From Octopus bimaculoides (Eukaryota): a stretch of 46,758 bases of DNA. The position numbers and the translations under genes are program-made. The notes under the pieces were generated by a model. That model worked only from the letters and a program-made list of their open reading frames with translations. It did not search any database and was not told the origin of the DNA. Location: the NCBI RefSeq assembly GCF_001194135.2, contig NC_068981.1:61747927-61794684 (forward strand). Direction: 5' to 3'. Of this stretch, positions 37,700-46,758 are shown piece after piece (the first letter of the stretch is position 1; each line of letters begins with the position of its first letter).

Positions 37700-40230
37700 A
37701 AAACACAAGTAAGAGATATTCAAGTTCCTTCTACATCATTGACTTTTGGAATCTGTTCCTGGAGGAATTTTCTTTGAACTAGCATATGTCTTTTAAGTAC
37801 AGATATTGTCATACAAATTTTATGACATATGACACAAGTCGTATAAGGCGGTTGGTGTTCAAGATTATTACCTACCTTTTCATGTAACTTCATATGATTC
37901 ACGTATCCTGCTTTTGACAACAAAACGCGATCACACATAATATATATCCTATGTTCACTGCTGATTTCAGTTCTAATTGTTCCTTTGCGTCAAGCTCTTT
38001 TAGACTCTGAGTGCTGAATCATCTTTTTATCCCAGCCATTGCACCAGTCCTAACAACACCTTTCTGCTTGATAAGAGAGCTTACGATTGAAGACTACCTG
38101 AGGTTTTACGTTTCTGTGTAATATCTTAAAGATGCTCACAAAATATGTTGGGCGACCAAGTTTACACGAAGCAATCTGCAGTGCCTACTTGGTTGCCGTG
38201 TCAAAGGCTTTAGTTAAATATATGAAGACCTGGTATAGCGGCATTTGTTCCCCTAAGAATTTCTCCTCAACTTGTCTCGCAGAAAATATAATGTCCATTG
38301 ATGCTCGCTCAGGTTTGAAACCACACACTTTTTCAGCAATCACATCTGGACACACATTCTCAACGAGACCATCTAACATAATACTTGAATGTATCTTCCC
38401 GGTATGTGCCAGGAAAGTTGTCCCTCTAGAATTATTACACACTGCTTTTAGGCCCTTACCTTTATCCCTTTCTATGGCACAGAAAATTCATCTCAAACTC
38501 GTGTGATCAGGTTATGAATTTCAGATGAAATATGATCCCCACTTGCTTTCAGAATTTCAACTGGAATACCATCCAATCCAAGAGCTTTAGCTGATCTCAG
38601 TTTACATAATACCAGATTTACTTCGTCAATGGAAGGGGTATCGTTCATGTGTTGCATTATCTTTCTTTGTGGAATGTTGTTTATGATATCCATATTCACT
38701 ACAGAAGGATTGTGGAAAACATCTACAAAGTGTTTTCGCCATTTATCTATTAGTCCAGGAGGATATTTAATAACTTCATTTCTATCTTTTGTCTTCAGGG
38801 TCACATATGATGAAGATTACAGTCCAAAAGGCTACCTCAATAAACTATAAAAAAAACTTTTAATGCTTTTCCTGTCATAGGCTGCCTATACTTCCTCAGA
38901 CAAATTTCTCCACAAAGAGTCTTTAAGCCGCCTGAGATATTTTTTGAAAGTCTGCTTTCTGGGACTTGTACAACTTTTCTAGTTGCACTTTGTTCTTTAC
39001 GTTTGGGTGGAGATTTTCATGTGTGGACCCCTTTCTTTACTAAAAGCTCATTTATCACCCTATTATTAGAATCAAACCAGTCTTGTTGCTGTCTCCTCTT
39101 AAAGCCTAACACCTCTGATCACATTTTATATATTTCATCTTGAAGAGATTGCCATCAACCATCCAAATGAACAATGCTGCATCTCTCCCGAAATAACTGC
39201 AAAATCTGTGGTTGTTTTAGCTGCATCAATTTTAGCTACATCAATTCTCTTTGGTACTTGTATATCTGCATTACGAATGTTGCTGCGGACCCTGAACTTG
39301 AACTTAGCCCTAACCATTTTGTGATCAGTATCCCATTCAGCACCTCACAATACCCTGAGACTACACAAATCTTGTCAGTCATCTTTCCGGGTCCTTGCTT
39401 TGATCTTTGTTAAATCCAGGTTACTTTATGCTTTAGCCTATAATGAAAGAAAGTATAACCAACAACCAACCCTATCTCAGAACATATTGGAAGCAGATGC
39501 AACCCATTGTCGTACACCTTTCCTATTCTGTAATACCTAAGTACATCCCAAGCGCCCTAGTCTCAACCAACACGTGCATTACAGTCACGAAGCACAACCA
39601 ACTTCTCATTCAAAGGGACTTAGAAAATACTTCTAAGCTCCTCATAAAATGCATGGATATTTCCTCACTAGCTACAAGTATAAGAGCATGAATAGACAAA
39701 ACACTTACAAAACAGCTACAAGAAAGAGTGATCCTGAGTTCCATTATGCGTTTGTTTATGCTTTGTGGTTGTTCTAGGACCTTTTAATTGCAAACCCAAC
39801 ACCACCTTCCTTTTTTTCTCCCTTTAACTTCCCAGCTCAAAATAATGTGAAACTTGTTGCTCTTGCGATAAGATGATCTTCATCTGAAAATCATGTTTTA
39901 GAAAGAGCTGCAATATCAAAATTGAGACGCCTTAGCTCCTTAGTTACAAGAGCTGTTTTTCTTTTAGGCCTATCTGCTCGATCTAAAAGGGTTCTCACAC
40001 TCCAACAGTCTAGGCTAAGAGAAGCCTCTTTCCTTGCATTAAAGTTATCATTGTTTAGTCATTCCTGCTAAATGGAACCACTGTTAGCCGTCAGCACCTT
40101 CCCAGTATATCCAGTTGAGCAATGTTCTCCTTAAAAGGGCCAATGAGACACAGGCGTCTCCACCGAAAACAGATCCTGTGCATAAAAACACGTTAGCGAT
40201 GTTAAGATAAGAACCTTACCACCTTATATG
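37700..40230 (-). mobile_element. Decayed RTE-clade LINE: APE, first half of RT, C-terminal C2H2-like fingers
   Basis: CWSVRTLLD..ELRRLNFDIAALS, GGVGFAIK, CNARVG, KALGLDGIPVEILK, CGFKPERASMDIIFSARQVEEK..LTKAFDT, then a jump to CDRVLLSKAGYVNHMKLH..CVICHKIC..LKRHM; no YADD region. Confidence 0.9.
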
Positions 40231-41347
40231 CAGATTTGTAATTGTATATTTCCAACCGGTCAACTATGCATACGTCACCACGCCTCTATCGTCATAGGAC
40301 TTTTGGACAGTGATTGTACAATAATGGTGTTTAGTTTGGGACATATGTACTTCATTGGATTTCAGTGACAAACACTTGTACAATAATTTTGCCACTCTTT
40401 TGGTCGAAATAGTATATTCCAGTGGCAAGTAAAGCAAGATGCCTAGTACAAAGTTGACTGCAGTATTTATTTCGGAGTAACTTCTCCTAGGCTTTTCCTC
40501 AGAAGGAGACTGCAAGCCAACAGTGGTAAGTCAATTTGAATCTGAAGTTTTCGTCCCCTATACTGGTTGTCCTAAGCACGGTTTCGTTTCAAAACAGGAG
40601 ACCAATCAGCCTCCATCAAACTGTTCAAACTGCATCCTGTCAACATATCAAGTGTAATATTCTCCAATGTAAAATTGTGATATTTTTGTATACATTACTT
40701 TATCCGTAACGCCTATCCTTAACTTCTTCCCTCACACTCTCTACCTCTCTTTCTATTTATTTTTCTTTCTTTTCACCACTTAACAGCCACCTTCACTACC
40801 ATTCTGTTATTGAACGTTCATATGTTTGCATTTATTGCTGGATACTTATACTAACAGTACTTTAACCTGCGTGGATTTACGCAGGGTTGCACCTAAGGAC
40901 TTACGAACTTACTTCTACATGATCGGAAAGTTGAACTGTGAACTTATGTGCTCCTTTTACATCTTTTTCTTCACCTCCTAAATCCTTTACTCCTGTCATC
41001 TATGTCGTCATTTCATTAATCTATACCCTATTTATCTCCACTGAAGAAATATCCCATACATTGGGATATCCCACAAACAACTGTAAGACTGAATTTTTCC
41101 AATAATAATGATATATATGACTTGAGATTTTTGCATTGCCTTAATGTTTGTTGTCCTCTTTAACAATTACAAATCCGCTCTATATAATAATTTTTTTTAT
41201 CGTCTTGGCCTAACAGCCCTTATTGTTTGTTTTCACTGTCTTCGTTTTACGGTCTCACTATCCTGTTCTTGTTAGCACTTTCACCCTCCGCAAAAACTTC
41301 CGAATTTTATTTAATTTGCTTTGCGGGAAGGACTGTTTCAACGAAGT

Positions 41348-41407
41348 CGCGTATTTTCCTTGCCTTCGAAACGCGGAATAGATGGACAGGGACAACTGAT
41401 GAAGGGG
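41348..41407 (+). ncRNA. Rearranged (non-circularly permuted) hammerhead ribozyme candidate in a Penelope-like repeat remnant
   Basis: cgcGUA cleavage strand with stem I (ttttcctt/agggacaa), GAAA with stem III (acgcg/cgcgt), CUGAUGA with stem II (gggg/cttc). All cores are intact but the strand order is swapped. Confidence 0.55.
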
Positions 41408-41942
41408 AATATTCTTTATATTACATATNNNNNNNNNNNNNNNNNNNNNNNNNNNNNNNNNNNNNNNNNNNNNNNNNNNNNNNNNNNNNNNNNNNNNNNN
41501 NNNNNNNNNNNNNNNNNNNNNNNNNNNNNNNNNNNNNNNNNNNNNNNNNNNNNNNNNNNNNNNNNNNNNNNNNNNNNNNNNNNNNNNNNNNNNNNNNNNN
41601 NNNNNNNNNNNNNNNNNNNNNNNNNNNNNNNNNNNNNNNNNNNNNNNNNNNNNNNNNNNNNNNNNNNNNNNNNNNNNNNNNNNNNNNNNNNNNNNNNNNN
41701 NNNNNNNNNNNNNNNNNNNNNNNNNNNNNNNNNNNNNNNNNNNNNNNNNNNNNNNNNNNNNNNNNNNNNNNNNNNNNNNNNNNNNNNNNNNNNNNNNNNN
41801 NNNNNNNNNNNNNNNNNNNNNNNNNNNNNNNNNNNNNNNNNNNNNNNNNNNNNNNNNNNNNNNNNNNNNNNNNNNNNNNNNNNNNNNNNNNNNNNNNNNN
41901 NNNNNNNNNNNNNNNNNNNNNNNNNNNNNNNNNNNNNNNNNN

Positions 41943-41977
<35 letters not shown>

Positions 41978-42221
41978 AATATATGTATACATATATCTAC
42001 ATACATATACATATACATAAATACGTACGTGCATGCACACACACATACACAAATACATACATACGTACTATATATAAGGAGCATCAGAACGCAGGTTCTG
42101 GCGACAGTCCTACTTGTTTTTTTAAAAAGATTTTAAATTTTAACAAATTCCTCTCCTTCATCAGTATCAACTGTGTGCAAGCACGAAAGAACGCTGGCAA
42201 AACGCTGCTCCTTTAAATAAA

Positions 42222-42440
42222 ACACTTGTCATTGTGGTTTGTGGCACGAAGCAAAGGAGGCATTGCCACATACTCAAGAAAACATGAAGTTAATGATCTA
42301 TAAACACTCGAGCAACCTGAGTCCTGAACTTGTTCCATTTGTCAAAAGGCTTGCAAGGCATCAGCAAGCCTCAACAAACACGTACTTGTCCATAGAAGAT
42401 TATTATCGCTTTATTTCACTGATTCCCTCATTTGTCGTAT
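42222..42440 (+). mobile_element. 3' end of an RTE LINE (C2H2-like fingers)
   Basis: CHCGFVARSKGGIATYSRKH...TCSICQKACKASASLNKHVLVHR parallels the 37720-37938 terminus. Confidence 0.7.
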
Positions 42441-44569
42441 AAAAGCAAGTCGTGTGTTTGTTTGTCTGTTTGTGTCAAGTTAACGTCTACTTTGTTAACG
42501 AATTTTCGTGAAACTTTGCAAATATGCTAAAGTAGCATTCAGTTTTTTACCAGGCTCATTGAAGTTTAAGGAAAATCTATGATAGATGGCTAGGGCTCCT
42601 AGAAGGGATCCACGCATATAACTGTTACTCTCCAAGGGATATAATCTATTCAATTTCGTAGCGAAAGGAAATAACACATTCATTTTACTATATATAATAA
42701 ATGAATAATATGTATAATGTATAATAGATGTATAATATGAAAAATGCATTATAAGTACTTCTCGATTTATTAAACAAGCATTCTATATTCCGTGGACTTT
42801 CTTACAATAAATTGTCAGACCAGGTAAGTGATTTTATATGGTATCAATCAAGTTGAGTAAGTTTATTTCTTAGTATTTGAGCTATTACAGTTTCTAAATT
42901 CCCCTTATATATATATATATATATATATATNNNNNNNNNNNNNNNNNNNNNNNNNNNNNNNNNNNNNNNNNNNNNNNNNNNNNNNNNNNNNNNNNNNNNN
43001 NNNNNNNNNNNNNNNNNNNNNNNNNNNNNNNNNNNNNNNNNNNNNNNNNNNNNNNNNNNNNNNNNNNNNNNNNNNNNNNNNNNNNNNNNNNNNNNNNNNN
43101 NNNNNNNNNNNNNNNNNNNNNNNNNNNNNNNNNNNNNNNNNNNNNNNNNNNNNNNNNNNNNNNNNNNNNNNNNNNNNNNNNNNNNNNNNNNNNNNNNNNN
43201 NNNNNNNNNNNNNNNNNNNNNNNNNNNNNNNNNNNNNNNNNNNNNNNNNNNNNNNNNNNNNNNNNNNNNNNNNNNNNNNNNNNNNNNNNNNNNNNNNNNN
43301 NNNNNNNNNNNNNNNNNNNNNNNNNNNNNNNNNNNNNNNNNNNNNNNNNNNNNNNNNNNNNNNNNNNNNNNNNNNNNNNNNNNNNNNNNNNNNNNNNNNN
43401 NNNNNNNNNNNNNNNNNNNNNNNNNNNNNNNNNNNNNNNNNNNNNNNNNNNNNNNNNNNNNNNNTATATATATACAGAGATAGATAGATAGATAGATGTG
43501 AGCATGTTTGAGTGTGGATATGTGGATATGTATGACTACGTACATCCACATATATGTTTGTGTGTGTATATTCATGTACATATACACGTTTGTGTGACTG
43601 TAATTATGTAGATGCTATGAACGCATGATGTTTTGTGAGAATATTGTTGCATGTATTTGATATTTTTATATTTTTTCGTACCTATTGGAATAACTTCCCT
43701 TTTACTCAACAGATTTTCATAGCGTCTATTGCCAACAATAGCCGAGGAGAAAGCATCGTAACTCTTAGCTCTGGCATTTGAAACTCTGAGTACTATTATG
43801 ACAACTTATTAATTGTCCTAACTATACACACACGCGCGCACAACACACACTCATGCACACGCACATATATATATATATATATATGCCTGTGTAAATAGAA
43901 GTATAATTGTCTTTATGTATATATGAAAGCGTGCTTGAGTAGAGTGATTTGCGCAAGTTTGGAATAACTTTGAAGTTTGTAAAGAATAAAATGATTTGAA
44001 TAGCACAACAATGCACTATAATACAAAGAATGGTCTATAATAACTATAGTAATTTAATCATCCATTGTTTGATGTGGTATTTCGGAAGTTGTTTATCGTG
44101 GTGTTTTCTTTTGGTTGATCTCTAATCATTAGGTACGTAGCGTGCAGACGTATATAGAAAGTGTTTTGAGTGAAAAATAGACAGAGAGGAGCAGAAACAG
44201 AGGAACTGTGATGGGGTACAGATATGGCTAAACCTCAAGGGAATACAAGATCAAGTTATATGAGTTGATGTGCGTGCACTTATATAACAACATCATATAA
44301 ACGTGTAAAGATTTTTAGAATAAAGTTTGAAGATTTGTAATAAAATTTATTACTAGAGAAAATCACCCAAAACAACTTTAACAGCTCCTGAGATTTTCGT
44401 ACAGTATTAAGTGTATGGGAAAGCTTTTTAAAATTCACAAAGTAATGATATTTACTGTGATTAGAATGCTATTAAAAAAAAATGCGCTCTAAAAGTTAAA
44501 AGCCAGATTTTGTGCAGGTGGTTTAGAAAGATGATGCCAGGAGGATAAAGAGGGTGAGTGGAAACATAG

Positions 44570-44605
44570 ATAAACAGATAGATAAATAGATAGATACATA
44601 GAGAG

Positions 44606-44647
<42 letters not shown>

Positions 44648-44899
44648 NNNNNNNNNNNNNNNNNGGGGAAGAAATAACGAAATATTAGTTCACATTTTTA
44701 CACTCGACTTTGTAGTATTTGTCAGATATTGCCTTTTCGAAATGCTGTCTGAAATGTCATCTAAATGCATTATATCACGAATATGAATGATAATACATAC
44801 ATGCACATACACATACATGCACAGACAAACACGCGCGCACACATACACACACACGCACGCAGATGCACACACACACACACGCACGCACGCACGCACGCA

Positions 44900-44940
<41 letters not shown>

Positions 44941-44945
44941 ACATA
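44570..44945. repeat. Mixed (GATA)/(GA)n and (CA)/(CACG)/(GT)n microsatellite cluster
   Basis: Direct reading. Confidence 0.9.
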
Positions 44946-45292
44946 GCTCACAAATACGTATAATTTCCCGTGTGTGATTTCTGATTTTGAATCTGGTTTT
45001 TCCTCAAGTCACATTCTGCTGTGTTTAAATCATTTGGATCCATATTTTAAAGTCAGTATCTTTCAGGTTATATGCTATTGTTTATAACTATTAATAATCA
45101 CAATTAGTTACTTTCTTCAAATAATTTAGGTGCAAGATTTTTCTAATTATCTTCATGTATGATGACAGGAACTCCAGTGTTTGAGTATCTGTTATTAATG
45201 TAAGAATGTCTTTTTTTGTTTAAGACTCTTAGATTTTCCATTCATGCTTAGATAAATTTGATGAAGTTCACGTTTTTTTTCTTTTTTTCTAA

Positions 45293-45406
45293 GGGGTGAT
45301 GTCAACTTCCCAAACAGCTTCATAGTAAACCGTGAGGGCCTACATCAAGTGCCTGAAGAAAGTAGTGCTGCTTTGGCCAACAGGGCGGCTGCTGGAAAAC
45401 CGGTTA

Positions 45407-45407
<1 letters not shown>
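45293..45407 (+). mobile_element. maT-like transposase fragment
   Basis: GDV..FP...AYIKCLKKVVLLW...AAGKP, the same family as 7740-7830. Confidence 0.7.
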
Positions 45408-45457
<50 letters not shown>

Positions 45458-45915
45458 TGTGTGTGTGTGGGAGTGTGTGTGTGTAGTGTACATTCTGTGT
45501 TTCCCTCTCCTTATGTGGTGTGTAAATATATATATNNNNNNNNNNNNNNNNNNNNNNNNNNNNNNNNNNNNNNNNNNNNNNNNNNNNNNNNNNNNNNNNN
45601 NNNNNNNNNNNNNNNNNNNNNNNNNNNNNNNNNNNNNNNNNNNNNNNNNNNNNNNNNNNNNNNNNNNNNNNNNNNNNNNNNNNNNNNNNNNNNNNNNNNN
45701 NNNNNNNNNNNNNNNNNNNNNNNNNNNNNNNNNNNNNNNNNNNNNNNNNNNNNNNNNNNNNNNNNNNNNNNNNNNNNNNNNNNNNNNNNNNNNNNNNNNN
45801 NNNNNNNNNNNNNNNNNNNNNNNNNNNNNNNNNNNNNNNNNNNNNNNNNNNNNNNNNNNNNNNNNNNNNNNNNNNNNNNNNNNNNNNNNNNNNNNNNNNN
45901 NNNNNNNNNNNNNNN

Positions 45916-45947
<32 letters not shown>

Positions 45948-46701
45948 CCACTTCAAACAAACATGTACATGCATACGTACATAAACCTATGAAAACATTG
46001 ATAACATATAAGTACAATAACCTTCTGTATTAACAGATCGTTAATACAGTTTATAGTATAAATAAAATAGCCACTATGCTGACATTTACAGTGTAAAATT
46101 TGAGATTTGTTCTTAAATTAACCTAGTATTAGATTAATTTAATAACCAAATGTTTTTTTTTTTTTGTGGTGGTATTTTTGTTTGTTTATTTTGCTGTTTT
46201 TTTATGTGAAAAATAACTCCAGAAAATGTATAAGCGAAATGCAAAATAACCTAGCACTTAAGTTTAATATATTTCAACAGTATATGTTTTCTTTCCGAAA
46301 ACACGATAAGGAAATATTTGCCATTTATTATCTTTATTTTTATTATTTACCTTATTTTTTACTTGTTTTTCTTTCAGATTATTTATCTTGTGTGGAGTGG
46401 TTTCTCATTCTTCTATGCATTTGTTTGCATTTAAAGTTTTAGTCCATGTTATCTATTTTTTACACTATATTACTTAACAATGCCATGTTTATGCTCATCA
46501 TTTTACTTAATATACACACCTAAATAAATATTCACTGTTTATATGTTAAAGGTCATTTAATAATAGATTCTGATACTTAATAGTAGGTAATTACATGTCA
46601 AGAAAACTGGATGAAGCCCATATACGTATGTGGATGTGTGTATGTGTGTTTGTGTCTGTGTATGTGGCTGTGTGCGTGTGTGCATGTGCATATATATATA
46701 T

Positions 46702-46758
<57 letters not shown>

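Noticed and set aside
42104-42176. Second hammerhead-like motif on the minus strand (CUGAUGA at 42164-42158, then AAAC-aa-GUA)
   Set aside because: The G of GAAA is missing, and stems I and II pair poorly. At most a dead remnant.

Overview
AT-rich, repeat-dense eukaryotic scaffold with about 4 kb of N gaps in 13 runs. The SINE, LINE and microsatellite repertoire points to an octopus (coleoid cephalopod) genome; this is inferred from recalled repeat consensuses, not from a search. No complete gene and nothing prokaryotic (no CRISPR, rRNA or tRNA gene) is supported. Most identifiable sequence is decayed transposon: a head-to-tail stack of five R4/Dong-type (RLE) non-LTR retrotransposon pieces over the first 6.4 kb; three RTE LINE fragments; further RLE 3' ends; four maT-like pieces; a mariner; a Tc1; Helitron pieces including a Pif1-like helicase; tRNA-derived SINEs; and many microsatellites. 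Most long ORFs in the track are artefacts of N runs or simple repeats. The main leads are: (1) a complete set of hammerhead-ribozyme core strands in a rearranged, non-circularly-permuted order at 41348-41407; (2) a 37-bp-stem, pre-miRNA-like hairpin at 10661-10749; (3) phase-compatible plus-strand exon candidates at 26.9, 33.1 and 34.6 kb with weak resemblance to the CNBD/beta-roll tail of SLC9C-type exchangers; (4) a 258-bp inverted LINE pair 1.4 kb apart.
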